From positions 32,001-96,000 of IMG/VR virus record IMGVR_UViG_3300032093_000021: a stretch of 64,000 nucleotides of DNA. One strand, written 5' to 3'. Both the position numbers and the translations under genes were made by a program. The notes under the pieces are model-generated. The model was given only the letters and a program-made list of their open reading frames with translations. It was not told the DNA's origin and searched no databases. The DNA is from a virus. The first letter of the stretch is position 1. Each line of letters opens with the position of its first letter. Positions 7,696 to 16,417 of the stretch are shown here, piece after piece.

Positions 7696-10067
7696 TGAAT
7701 TACTTTACTGATGTTATCAATTTTTGTTATCTTGACCACACTGTTCGCCCAGTTGGATATTAGTGGGTTATGCGAAATTACGAATATTTTCTCAAAGTAT
7801 TCTTTTATTTTCACAAAAAATTCTCCAACTAAATCCAAATTTTCATTAGAAATTTTCCCGAATACCTCATCCATCACAATTATGTTTGGTTTAGGTAATG
7901 AACAAACCTTACTCAATACTGATCTTAAAGCCAGTGACGCTATCGTTCTTTCATAACCGGATCCGGAGGACATGAGTTTCTCAACACCGGTCGAGTTATC
8001 AATCATCCAAAACTCAACCTCATTTTTATCTGAGATCTTAATTTCCATTCTGAAGTAACAACTATCCTGAAGAAGTCGTTGTAGTTCTGAATTTATAAAT
8101 GGCATCATCGTTTTAAGGATTGTTTTGGTGATACCATTCTTTCCAAATATCTCAAGATAAATTTTGTAGATCTTTTCCTTCTCCGACTCTTCTTTTATCT
8201 TCTCAATAAAATCTTTGTTTTGTTGTATTTTGCGTTCGTCATTTTTAATGAAGTTGTTATTGGTTATGATACCTGCCTCATACTTTCTTCTTTCTTGTTC
8301 CAACTCATCCAATCTAACATTTGATTTAACGATCTTACTATCAATTTCATTGTTCTTCTTGATCTTTTCTTGAGCGTCGTTATATCTTTTTACTTTATCA
8401 TTTGACCTCTCCAACTTCAACTCATATGATTCTATCTCAAGGTCCAACTTACCTTTAACCAATTTGTTTCTTTCGTAGTTATCAAATTGTGTTTTAAGAA
8501 CCGCTAGATCACTTTCTTTAGCGTTCAGATCTGATAGTTTGGACTCAAGAGTTTCCTTTTCGTCCTTGATATCTTTTAACTGGTCTATCTTTTTCTTGGT
8601 CAATTCCGCATCTATCAACTTGATACCACAATGATCACACTTGAGTCCATCCTTAAACTTGTTAATGAGCTCTTCTATTTCAGATATCTTATTCTCTAAA
8701 CCACCGATCTTCAATCTCAAATCAAGAATTTCTTCTTTTATCTTATCGTGAACTGTTTCTTCATAAAAACTTGATGGTTCAACCAGTTCAACCTCATTTG
8801 ATTGTTTGGTCAGTTGTTGAATTTTACCTTCAAAGTTTCTAATGTCTGACTGAACAGATTCCAAGTTCATAATAATCAAGTCCGGATCAATATCGGTATG
8901 TTTTGAACCCTGAAGATTCTCCTTATACTCCTTACCCTTACTAATCCTGTCATTAACATCCTCAACACTATTTTGTAAAGATGTAATCTCTTGTCTCAAT
9001 TCACCAATCTTGGTTTCACACTCCTCTATTTCCTGTTTTAATTTCTCAGAATTATAGATGTTAGAAATCATTGTCTTGGAGAAGTCAGAATAAAGTTCTT
9101 TACAGGTCTCTTCTTTTCTTTTGAGATACTCCAACCCTAAAAACTTAGTAAGGATCTGTCCTCTTGCAGTTGGTTTAGAATCAATCAGGTCCTCCAAGTT
9201 TGTAGCCGTGGTAAGAATGGTTGATAAGAAATCCTCTTGTTCTCCGATTGAAGATTTGATAAACTTCTCGGTTTCTTTTCTCTGTTCCCCGGTGAAATTA
9301 AGTAATTGTCCATCGGGTAATTTCTTAAAGAAATCAAGATCTGTTTTAACATTCCATTCACCGGACTTAGCCTTCTTTCTTTCAATAGTCCGGGCGATGA
9401 TATAGTCCTCACCATCAATGGTAATCTCACCTCTTACGGATACCTTGTTCTTGTCAGTAAATCTATTAAAGATCTCCTCAGCTTTCTGTGTTTTAGTCGT
9501 AGTGTTGAAAAATAAGAACATCAACAGATCAACAGATAAAACAGTCTTACCACCGAAGTTTGGTGGGTCAGATTCAACTACTGTAATACCATTACACTTT
9601 TCAAAGTCAATAACCTGATTCTCACCATAAGATAAGAAGTTAGAAAACTCAATCCTCCGGATATACCACCTCTTAAATGCCGTTGATTCATCTGATTCGG
9701 CAATAAGTTTGTTCTCCACCGCAACATCCAAGTTAAGAATATTATCAAGGTGTTTGTCCTGACCCTTTGACTTCAAGTGTGACTTAACAAGTTCTATCTG
9801 ATAGTTCTTATCCATCACATTGAATGTTACATCAACGGTCTGAACTCCTTCTTCAGCGGCGGTCTTAACCTTTGTAATTACATTTACATTGGTTGTCGCA
9901 TACTTCTTTTGAAAGTATTGTTTAACACTTCTGATCTTCTCTTGAGAAAAGTTTTCTACATAATCCTCCCAAATAATTTGGATATAAGGATTATCTAATG
10001 TATCTACTTTTAAGTTGTGTGCCATTTTTTTATATTCAAAAACTGGTGGTGGATTGAATAAATCCAT
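7692..10067 (-). CDS. sbcC: Rad50/SbcC/gp46-like recombination ATPase with ~130-aa N-terminal extension
   Basis: IEFSNFLSYG, Walker A NFGGKT, long coiled coils with Zn-hook CDHC, signature-like SGSGYE, Walker B IIVMDEVFG, H-loop ISH. Confidence 0.92.
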   Translation of the reverse strand: MDLFNPPPVFEYKKMAHNLKVDTLDNPYIQIIWEDYVENFSQEKIRSVKQYFQKKYATTNVNVITKVKTAAEEGVQTVDVTFNVMDKNYQIELVKSHLKSKGQDKHLDNILNLDVAVENKLIAESDESTAFKRWYIRRIEFSNFLSYGENQVIDFEKCNGITVVESDPPNFGGKTVLSVDLLMFLFFNTTTKTQKAEEIFNRFTDKNKVSVRGEITIDGEDYIIARTIERKKAKSGEWNVKTDLDFFKKLPDGQLLNFTGEQRKETEKFIKSSIGEQEDFLSTILTTATNLEDLIDSKPTARGQILTKFLGLEYLKRKEETCKELYSDFSKTMISNIYNSEKLKQEIEECETKIGELRQEITSLQNSVEDVNDRISKGKEYKENLQGSKHTDIDPDLIIMNLESVQSDIRNFEGKIQQLTKQSNEVELVEPSSFYEETVHDKIKEEILDLRLKIGGLENKISEIEELINKFKDGLKCDHCGIKLIDAELTKKKIDQLKDIKDEKETLESKLSDLNAKESDLAVLKTQFDNYERNKLVKGKLDLEIESYELKLERSNDKVKRYNDAQEKIKKNNEIDSKIVKSNVRLDELEQERRKYEAGIITNNNFIKNDERKIQQNKDFIEKIKEESEKEKIYKIYLEIFGKNGITKTILKTMMPFINSELQRLLQDSCYFRMEIKISDKNEVEFWMIDNSTGVEKLMSSGSGYERTIASLALRSVLSKVCSLPKPNIIVMDEVFGKISNENLDLVGEFFVKIKEYFEKIFVISHNPLISNWANSVVKITKIDNISKVIQ

Positions 10068-10076
10068 TGTGAAAAA

Positions 10077-10322
10077 TTAAAGGTGTGGATCTACACTTGG
10101 TGCCGCTAAATTAAGTTGCACTGATTCTGATGTTTCTACCGGTTCTTGTTCTTGATCTTCGGTCATACCTGAGAAACTTTCTCTCATTTTTTCAAGTTGT
10201 TCCATCATAGCATCGTTGAACATCTTTTCTGTCTTTTTTCTCAAACCTGCAATTTTGTTATTGCGATTTTTTACTCTTCTTCTGTGGGCCTTTGCTCCAC
10301 CTCTTTTAGCTGATTTCGCCAT
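10077..10322 (-). CDS. small protein with basic N-terminus and acidic C-terminus
   Basis: 81-aa ORF, MAKSAKRGGAKAHRRRVK...; fits operon spacing. Confidence 0.65.
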   Translation of the reverse strand: MAKSAKRGGAKAHRRRVKNRNNKIAGLRKKTEKMFNDAMMEQLEKMRESFSGMTEDQEQEPVETSESVQLNLAAPSVDPHL

Positions 10323-10627
10323 TTTGTTGTATCTTTTGTTTTGTTTATAAGTTCTTTTATATGTTCACTTTTTCCGAATATTAAATCGTGAATTCTCAAA
10401 CTACCTTCCAATCGTTTATATCTCTGGTAAAGATCTTCGTGTATGTTCTTAAAAAATATGTCAATTTTTTTTTCTTGAAAACCTTTTAAGATTACACACT
10501 CTTTATTAAAATCATTCTCACCCACCAAAGATAAGACAAAAAAGAATTCATCGGCATTTATTTGGTTTTTTTCGTTAATTTTTTTCTTTGCTAATTTGTA
10601 AGCAATTTCTGACCAATCAACCGCCAT
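10271..10627 (-). CDS. hypothetical protein
   Basis: 118-aa ORF in operon. Confidence 0.6.
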   Translation of the reverse strand: MAVDWSEIAYKLAKKKINEKNQINADEFFFVLSLVGENDFNKECVILKGFQEKKIDIFFKNIHEDLYQRYKRLEGSLRIHDLIFGKSEHIKELINKTKDTTKWRNQLKEVEQRPTEEE

Positions 10628-10629
10628 GA

Positions 10630-10989
10630 TTAAATAATGTTGTTCTGATTTGGTCTGTTTTCTTCAAACCATTCAACCACCGCATTTATCGCCCAAACGG
10701 CTCCGGATGATAATATACCATCAAAAAACCAAGAAACTAACGGTGATACACCCAATAATTCTTGTACTGGTGAGTAAACAAACCAACCCAAGAAAAATCC
10801 ACCCCACGTAGAAAAACACATAGGACAGGATAAGATCCCGGAAATGAACTCTCCAACACTTTGTAAAGGAGCATTCTCATTTTCACCCCATTTTCTAATT
10901 CCATCTCTGAGTCCCTGAAAGATTGATCCATAAACCATAATGTTCATAAGACCATAACTCATAATAAACCATAATAATAATTGTGTCAT
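10630..10989 (-). CDS. membrane protein, DUF1360-like
   Basis: Three hydrophobic segments with the GILSCPMCFSTW motif (CPxC.s.W typical of DUF1360). Confidence 0.65.
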   Translation of the reverse strand: MTQLLLWFIMSYGLMNIMVYGSIFQGLRDGIRKWGENENAPLQSVGEFISGILSCPMCFSTWGGFFLGWFVYSPVQELLGVSPLVSWFFDGILSSGAVWAINAVVEWFEENRPNQNNII

Positions 10990-11001
10990 AATTTGTATAT
11001 T

Positions 11002-11544
11002 TTAGAAAGTTTGTGATAAATTTGAACCGACCATATATCTTGATTTAAGGAACTCCGGACTTGGAGCCATAACCACAGATTCAAGATCGGATATTTTTTT
11101 GTCTTTGTCAACTAACTGTCCCCTCAAACTCTGAAGAGTTTCTGATAACATTGAGTTCTTTTTTTGGAGATCTTGGAAATTTTTTTCCAATTCTTGTATT
11201 TTAGTGGAAAATTTTTGTCTTTCTTCCTCCAATTGTTGATTTTCTTGGAAAATTTTCGCTTGTTCCTCTATTTTTAATAGATATTGTTTTCTTTCTTCCT
11301 GCCAAAAAGAGTCGTCAACAACCACTTTTTCCACAATTTTCTCTACCGGAACTTCTACGATCTTGTCAATGAAAACCGGTTCACTATTTCCATAAAGCCC
11401 ATACTTCTCAATATACAGACCTTTTTTGAAACAAGAAAAAAGAAAATTATCAATGTTTTCTATTTCATTTAATTTACAAAAAGCAATTACATCATCCCCA
11501 TCTATCTTGGGTATATTAAGCGTTAACAAGTCGTTCTGTTCCAT
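11002..11544 (-). CDS. coiled-coil hypothetical protein
   Basis: KIVEVPVEKIVEKVV repeat followed by heptad-rich helix. Confidence 0.65.
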   Translation of the reverse strand: MEQNDLLTLNIPKIDGDDVIAFCKLNEIENIDNFLFSCFKKGLYIEKYGLYGNSEPVFIDKIVEVPVEKIVEKVVVDDSFWQEERKQYLLKIEEQAKIFQENQQLEEERQKFSTKIQELEKNFQDLQKKNSMLSETLQSLRGQLVDKDKKISDLESVVMAPSPEFLKSRYMVGSNLSQTF

Positions 11545-12295
11545 TTTCTAAATTATCAAAAGAGTTTATATAAAAAGATAAGAAAGGTTTTGGATTTTCC
11601 AAATCTGTGAAAGTATATTTATCTTTTTCCACATCGTAAAGACCAAATCCGTGTTTGGAGATTGTCTCACCGAAATTCTGTTGAATGGTTGACCCGATCA
11701 TATATGCCTTCTTTCCTCCCGGAATATCAAACACCTGTCTTTTGTGGATATCGCCACACAGTACTAGATCACATCCTTTGAACTTGTCAGAATCAAATCC
11801 CTCGTCAAACTTATATCCGATGTCTGTTGATAACCCTCTAACAGGTCCGTGAAATAAACCGATCTTTCTTTTGTCAGATGGTTCAATAACTGGTGGGAGG
11901 TTGTGTTCTGTTAAGGAATATACAACCCATTCAATATTGTCGTCTACATACACACCTCTGTCCTTGTAATAAACTATATTCTCGTTATCAAGAGAGTCAA
12001 TGATCGGTGTAAGAGCATCAAGTCGGGACATATTATTCTCCAAGAAGTCGTGGTTCCCTATGATGAGGACTGTCTTTGCAATTTTGGAACATTCTGTTAG
12101 GACCCAAGATACCATCTCAATAAGTTCAGGTGTCATTTGGTTTTTGGAATGAACAAGGTCTCCGGTGAATACGATTCTATCCGGGGCAATTTCTCCAAAC
12201 TGTTTTAACATCTTACCTATAATGCCCCGGTATAGATCGTGATCTTTGAATAATCTGATATGAAGATCAGAGAAGTGAACTATTTTGTTAATCAT
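11516..12295 (-). CDS. sbcD: Mre11/SbcD/gp47-like metallophosphoesterase nuclease (catalytic domain only)
   Basis: Five phosphoesterase motifs: SDLH, TGD, GNHD, FHG, GDIHK, plus GSTIQQNFGE; near the Rad50-like gene. Confidence 0.88.
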   Translation of the reverse strand: MINKIVHFSDLHIRLFKDHDLYRGIIGKMLKQFGEIAPDRIVFTGDLVHSKNQMTPELIEMVSWVLTECSKIAKTVLIIGNHDFLENNMSRLDALTPIIDSLDNENIVYYKDRGVYVDDNIEWVVYSLTEHNLPPVIEPSDKRKIGLFHGPVRGLSTDIGYKFDEGFDSDKFKGCDLVLCGDIHKRQVFDIPGGKKAYMIGSTIQQNFGETISKHGFGLYDVEKDKYTFTDLENPKPFLSFYINSFDNLENGTERLVNA

Positions 12296-12305
12296 TTTAA
12301 TTTTT

Positions 12306-12458
12306 TTATAGTTTCTTAAAATAAGTTTGTGGCAAATTTACATCATTTTTTTTAATATAAAATGAGTTCATATTCATCCACCTTTGTTGTTTATTGTTTT
12401 CACAAATGAAATATAACTTTGAAAGTGTATGAAATACAATATCTCCGACTATGATCAT
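12306..12458 (-). CDS. small hypothetical protein (50 aa, not in ORF track)
   Basis: Manual translation MIIVGDIVFHTLSKLYFICENNKQQRWMNMNSFYIKKNDVNLPQTYFKKL*; fills the 12295-12479 gap on the coding strand. Confidence 0.55.
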   Translation of the reverse strand: MIIVGDIVFHTLSKLYFICENNKQQRWMNMNSFYIKKNDVNLPQTYFKKL

Positions 12459-12478
12459 TTATTAATAATTTTAATTGG

Positions 12479-13138
12479 TTATTCAAATATCCATTCTCCT
12501 TTCATCACTCCGTTGATGATTTTTGTTTTAACACAACCGCAATTATGTCCTGGTGCGTCCATAAAACAACCATTATTGTCATTACCAGTACATTCAACTT
12601 CTATTTCACAATTAAATCCAACAGGTAGTTTTGATTGTGATATGGATTGTATTGTTTTTTCTACTAGATCTTTTATTAAAGATTCTTCTACTAGATCTTT
12701 TATTAAAGATTCTGTTACTGTTTTTCCAATCATATTCCAACAAGCTATTTCAACAGCATCTCTCATATCCTCCTCTGTGAATTTATATTTCTCTTTGGCT
12801 TTGTTGTAACCTATTCCAAATCCAAAAGACCAATCACCTCTGTTTACAGAAACCTCTTGACCACCCGTAAGTTCTTCCCATAAATTATCTCCTATACACT
12901 CAATAGTAGGGAATGTCATCGGTAATGGTGGTAGTAAATCTACTCCATCTAAAATTGGTGAGTTGTTTAGCGATAGGTGGGCAATTATTTTTTTGCAGTC
13001 TCCGAATACTTTTTGACATGGATTATCGTTAGCGTATCTAAATACACCATAACTATCTGTCACCCAATCCCCTTCTTTAATCTCCTCATCAGAAGTGATT
13101 AGTATGTAGTTGTTTGTTTTGATAACTAAATGTGTCAT
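12479..13138 (-). CDS. hypothetical protein
   Basis: 219-aa ORF with ATGA-type overlap; contains a 9-aa tandem duplication. Confidence 0.65.
   Translation of the reverse strand: MTHLVIKTNNYILITSDEEIKEGDWVTDSYGVFRYANDNPCQKVFGDCKKIIAHLSLNNSPILDGVDLLPPLPMTFPTIECIGDNLWEELTGGQEVSVNRGDWSFGFGIGYNKAKEKYKFTEEDMRDAVEIACWNMIGKTVTESLIKDLVEESLIKDLVEKTIQSISQSKLPVGFNCEIEVECTGNDNNGCFMDAPGHNCGCVKTKIINGVMKGEWIFE
12659..12712. repeat. perfect 27-nt tandem duplication
   Basis: ttctactagatcttttattaaagattc x2, encoding ESLIKDLVE x2. Confidence 0.9.
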
Positions 13139-13650
13139 TTATTAAGGATTTTGATAAGTTTTTCTTTTATTCCTGTCTGTTTGATTCCTTCATTCTCTTT
13201 GGGTGTTAATACAAAGTTATCACCCAAAAATAAACTCATATCCAAATCATCCACACTAACCCAACTTGTGACATTTTTATTATTATCTAACCATTGTTGG
13301 ATTTCCAATGACCTGAGAAGTTCTAATGTGCCGGACTGATCAACTATTGGAGTAAAATCCAAGGGTTTTTTGACAACACCCATAAGATCATAATATACAC
13401 CCATATCTTCCAATGATCCGTGAAGTTTCCAATCAGAACTAACAACGATTTCAGCCCCGGTTTCAGTTAAAACTTCGTTAAGAACTTTAACCGCCTTTTT
13501 ATCAAAATTATCAAATCTATGTTCTACGGGAACTTCTCTTAATGTCATAGACATTTTTCTCCCACCCCACTTCTTTTGTTTTTTGAGTCGGGAACCCCAA
13601 TTGTTTGACAAGCAAACAACACCATCGTGATCTAAAAATAGGACTTTCAT
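13135..13650 (-). CDS. HAD-superfamily protein (HAD_SAK_2, RNA-repair-associated type)
   Basis: KVLFLDHDGVV (DxDGV), IVVSSDWK, R..EIQQWL, WVSVDD motifs. Confidence 0.85.
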   Translation of the reverse strand: MKVLFLDHDGVVCLSNNWGSRLKKQKKWGGRKMSMTLREVPVEHRFDNFDKKAVKVLNEVLTETGAEIVVSSDWKLHGSLEDMGVYYDLMGVVKKPLDFTPIVDQSGTLELLRSLEIQQWLDNNKNVTSWVSVDDLDMSLFLGDNFVLTPKENEGIKQTGIKEKLIKILNK

Positions 13651-13654
13651 ATCA

Positions 13655-13662
13655 CAAAGATA
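13655..13662 (-). promoter_or_regulatory. Bacteroidota sigmaA -7 element TATCTTTG
   Basis: Minus strand CCTTATCTTTGTGATATG matches TAnnTTTG, only 4 nt before the ATG at 13650. Confidence 0.55.
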
Positions 13663-13670
13663 AGGATTTT

Positions 13671-13985
13671 TTATATTGAAAATATATTTTCTTTTGGATT
13701 ATAATCAAAAACACTTTTGGAACCACCATTTGTGGCTTTGACATTAATATAAGGATTGGTCCCGCTACTTTGTATACTGATACCAGTATGCGTTGTTAAT
13801 TTATTATTCAATATCTCGCCAATCGCATCATAAACTCCTTTAAGTTCATCCGGTGTCATGCGAACTGTCAATGTCTCATCTTGTTTTGTAAGATTTATAA
13901 ATCCAGTGTCTTCATTTACACCAACCACAACAACCGATTCGTCTATAATAATTCGTTTGTCAATTAGTTTTGATTCTTTTTTCAT
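13671..13985 (-). CDS. hypothetical protein
   Basis: 104-aa ORF in a translationally coupled array. Confidence 0.65.
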   Translation of the reverse strand: MKKESKLIDKRIIIDESVVVVGVNEDTGFINLTKQDETLTVRMTPDELKGVYDAIGEILNNKLTTHTGISIQSSGTNPYINVKATNGGSKSVFDYNPKENIFSI

Positions 13986-14152
13986 TGTTTTCTTTTTATA
14001 AATCTAAAATATATAGTAGCTATTCCTAATCCTATTGTTAATACTTTTTTATATTCATAATAATCTGTGGATTGATACCCAATACCTAAATCAAACCACC
14101 ATTCTTTATGATCTAAAGTATTCCAAGCAATTTCAATTTTCATCTCAGTCAT
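13982..14152 (-). CDS. small hypothetical protein (56 aa, not in ORF track)
   Basis: MTEMKIEIAWNTLDHKEWWFDLGIGYQSTDYYEYKKVLTIGLGIATIYFRFIKRKQ*; ATGA overlaps at both ends. Confidence 0.7.
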   Translation of the reverse strand: MTEMKIEIAWNTLDHKEWWFDLGIGYQSTDYYEYKKVLTIGLGIATIYFRFIKRKQ

Positions 14153-14322
14153 TGTTTTGAATTTGTAAAAGGTTTACCTTTTTTTTCTATCCATAAGTTT
14201 AACTCATTGTATAAAACAATATCATCATTAAATGTTGGCCCGAATCCTCTGAACATATACAATAATTGTTTCGCCCACCACAGTTTGAACTTGAATGGTA
14301 ATTTATAATAATATTTTTTCAT
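14149..14322 (-). CDS. small hypothetical protein (57 aa, not in ORF track)
   Basis: MKKYYYKLPFKFKLWWAKQLLYMFRGFGPTFNDDIVLYNELNLWIEKKGKPFTNSKQ*; ATGA overlaps at both ends. Confidence 0.7.
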   Translation of the reverse strand: MKKYYYKLPFKFKLWWAKQLLYMFRGFGPTFNDDIVLYNELNLWIEKKGKPFTNSKQ

Positions 14323-14645
14323 TGTTTTTCTTTTAATTTATCAATATACCATTCAATACCTTCAATGAAACCATCTGCATATTGGACACTTTCAATCTGA
14401 GATCTAAACTTAGCTTCCTCTTCAATTTCTTCTAAATTTATTTTATTAGGTTTACCCATATTATATCCCCTCATAAATCCATTTATGAAAAAATGCTTAT
14501 CCTCTTCTGTGCAACCATCACATCCTTCCCAAGATTCCATGGCAAGGTCATATACTTCTTTCATATTACCAATCATTTTATCCACCTTCTCTGCTATGTG
14601 TGGCGGCATCCCATCTAATAATCTTTCATTCAATTTGTCATTCAT
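14319..14645 (-). CDS. hypothetical protein
   Basis: 108-aa ORF with WEGCDGC and repeated GF..G motifs. Confidence 0.65.
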   Translation of the reverse strand: MNDKLNERLLDGMPPHIAEKVDKMIGNMKEVYDLAMESWEGCDGCTEEDKHFFINGFMRGYNMGKPNKINLEEIEEEAKFRSQIESVQYADGFIEGIEWYIDKLKEKQ

Positions 14646-14648
14646 AAT

Positions 14649-14855
14649 TTACCAATTTTCGTAATCTGTTAAATTAATGTCAAGTTCCGGAACATCTTCT
14701 CTGCCTGCCATTACGATAGTTCCAATACCGGTGGGGATGAACTTAAACCAATACCCACCGCCAGCAGCTCCAAAATGTCCTTCAGGAATAATCGGTAAAG
14801 AATTTTTCCAAACACGATATCTAGCTTCTTGATCTTCTGTTAATTCAAATTTCAT
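14649..14855 (-). CDS. hypothetical protein
   Basis: 68 aa, GAAGGGYWFKFIPTGIG motif of a kind common in small phage proteins. Confidence 0.65.
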   Translation of the reverse strand: MKFELTEDQEARYRVWKNSLPIIPEGHFGAAGGGYWFKFIPTGIGTIVMAGREDVPELDINLTDYENW

Positions 14856-15115
14856 AACTTTTCAATTTCTTCTTTTACTAATCTCCAATAAGATTTATAA
14901 TTCCGGTGCGTCTCTGAAAATACTGTTGATTTCAAATGAACATCATCTTCAGCAATTTCAATTAACTTATCAACCGCAATTAAAGCACATTCTTTAGCAT
15001 ATTGATTTTTATACATTGGATAATCTTCTCCACCGGTATAATTGGTCGCCCACGATGTTGAGATTCCCATGCTACTTACTAAATAAATTGCTTGCGCTTT
15101 CGGTGTCATACTCAT
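14852..15115 (-). CDS. hypothetical protein
   Basis: 87 aa; MTPK.(Q)A..L...AKECALIAVD...YW..VKEEIEKL pattern familiar from Bacteroidota phage small proteins. Confidence 0.65.
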   Translation of the reverse strand: MSMTPKAQAIYLVSSMGISTSWATNYTGGEDYPMYKNQYAKECALIAVDKLIEIAEDDVHLKSTVFSETHRNYKSYWRLVKEEIEKL

Positions 15116-15365
15116 TTTTTTTGATTAATTCAAACAATTCTTCGGTTTCATCAGGTATCTCAAGAAACCTAATATGATGGTGTTTTCCTTCCACCTCCAA
15201 GAATTCATACCAAGGACCTGATGCAAAGTTGATACCTGTTTTCTCCCTCATTTCCTCACCACTGACCACATCTATAACGTGATAGATTGATCCTTTATGG
15301 GTACGGATACTACCATAACCTTCTTCATCAACACATAAGGAATTCTCAATACAGATTACTCTCAT
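15072..15365 (-). CDS. hypothetical protein
   Basis: 97 aa, MRVICI...KGSIY N-terminus. Confidence 0.6.
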   Translation of the reverse strand: MRVICIENSLCVDEEGYGSIRTHKGSIYHVIDVVSGEEMREKTGINFASGPWYEFLEVEGKHHHIRFLEIPDETEELFELIKKNEYDTESASNLFSK

Positions 15366-15367
15366 AG

Positions 15368-15580
15368 TTATAACTTTATTTTAATTTCAGTATTGATTTT
15401 TTCTCTCCATGATTCGTCTTCAGGTAGTTTTATATTTTCCAGATATTCTTGTAAATACAAATTTAACACTCTCAAATGATAGATATACTCTTCACTATTT
15501 GAAGAATTTAATTGTGTGGTTGAAATTGCCGTATCAAATATATGTCTAACAATTTGACTACTTAATTCTTTATCTTTCAT
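15368..15580 (-). CDS. hypothetical protein
   Basis: 70-aa ORF in array. Confidence 0.6.
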   Translation of the reverse strand: MKDKELSSQIVRHIFDTAISTTQLNSSNSEEYIYHLRVLNLYLQEYLENIKLPEDESWREKINTEIKIKL

Positions 15581-15903
15581 ATCTTTTCCAAATCTTCTTT
15601 TAATCTTTTAAGAAATGTTTCCTCCCCATCATCACCGGACAGAAGCCAGTCAATCCTATGAGCATAAACCTCAGCCTTACGAAGAATATCTACCGCTTCT
15701 TTGAACTTCTCAATTACCTCATCGGGATATTTGTAATGATACATATCCTCCGGATACTTCACATACCAGTCCGGATCTCTCCAACCTTCGTCTTTGAGTT
15801 CTCTTTCAGTTTTCTTTGCTCCGTTTTTTTCAATAACGGATTCAATAGAATCGGAAATATTCCTAATTCTGTATTGATCGTAGTCGAATCTTCCTCCTGA
15901 CAT
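15577..15903 (-). CDS. hypothetical phage protein
   Basis: 108 aa, MSGGRFDY...IDWLLSGDDGEE pattern. Confidence 0.7.
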   Translation of the reverse strand: MSGGRFDYDQYRIRNISDSIESVIEKNGAKKTERELKDEGWRDPDWYVKYPEDMYHYKYPDEVIEKFKEAVDILRKAEVYAHRIDWLLSGDDGEETFLKRLKEDLEKI

Positions 15904-15921
15904 AAAATTTGTTTTAGATTA

Positions 15922-15929
15922 CAAATATA
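15922..15929 (-). promoter_or_regulatory. Bacteroidota sigmaA -7 element TATATTTG
   Basis: Minus strand CATATATTTGTAATC in the gap upstream of 15903. Confidence 0.5.
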
Positions 15930-15932
15930 TGA

Positions 15933-16130
15933 CTATTTCTTTTCCTGAAAAAATATTTCTTCACAAATAATTCTTTTGTCCGGGTCCAATAATATACCCT
16001 CAAAGAACTTTTTGAGATTGTTTCTACCTAAAAGAGTGATTTTTTCTTGTAAATCCTGCTCAGTGGAGTCAGGTCTCATTGTAACGTCCTCTAACTTGAT
16101 CTTTACTGTATATTCTGCTTCATATTTCAT
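15933..16130 (-). CDS. hypothetical protein
   Basis: 65 aa, ATGA overlap. Confidence 0.55.
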   Translation of the reverse strand: MKYEAEYTVKIKLEDVTMRPDSTEQDLQEKITLLGRNNLKKFFEGILLDPDKRIICEEIFFQEKK

Positions 16131-16375
16131 ACAGATTCAATTTTTGATTCTTCATCGTTGTTATCAAACAACTTGAAGTCATCGTTCACATATCCACAAG
16201 AATCACATTTGTAAGTTGGAAATGGAACAAGTGTATCTTCCGAAGAACCGGTTAGTAATTTTGATACTTTTTTTAGAATAACAACTTCTCTGAAGTAAGT
16301 GTGACCACAAGATTCACAAGCTACCGTAGGTTGTTGTCTTAAATCAATTTTGGGTTTTAATAAATCGTTGCTCAT
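16127..16375 (-). CDS. small Zn-ribbon protein
   Basis: CESCG...CDSCG pairs. Confidence 0.7.
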   Translation of the reverse strand: MSNDLLKPKIDLRQQPTVACESCGHTYFREVVILKKVSKLLTGSSEDTLVPFPTYKCDSCGYVNDDFKLFDNNDEESKIESV

Positions 16376-16386
16376 ATTTTTTATTT

Positions 16387-16417
16387 TAAAGATAATAAAT
16401 TTATTTGACTTTTCAAA
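16387..16417 (-). promoter_or_regulatory. Bacteroidota-like promoter variant TTTG-N19-TATCTTTA
   Basis: Minus strand TTTG AAAAGTCAAATAAATTTAT TATCTTTA upstream of 16375. Confidence 0.4.
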
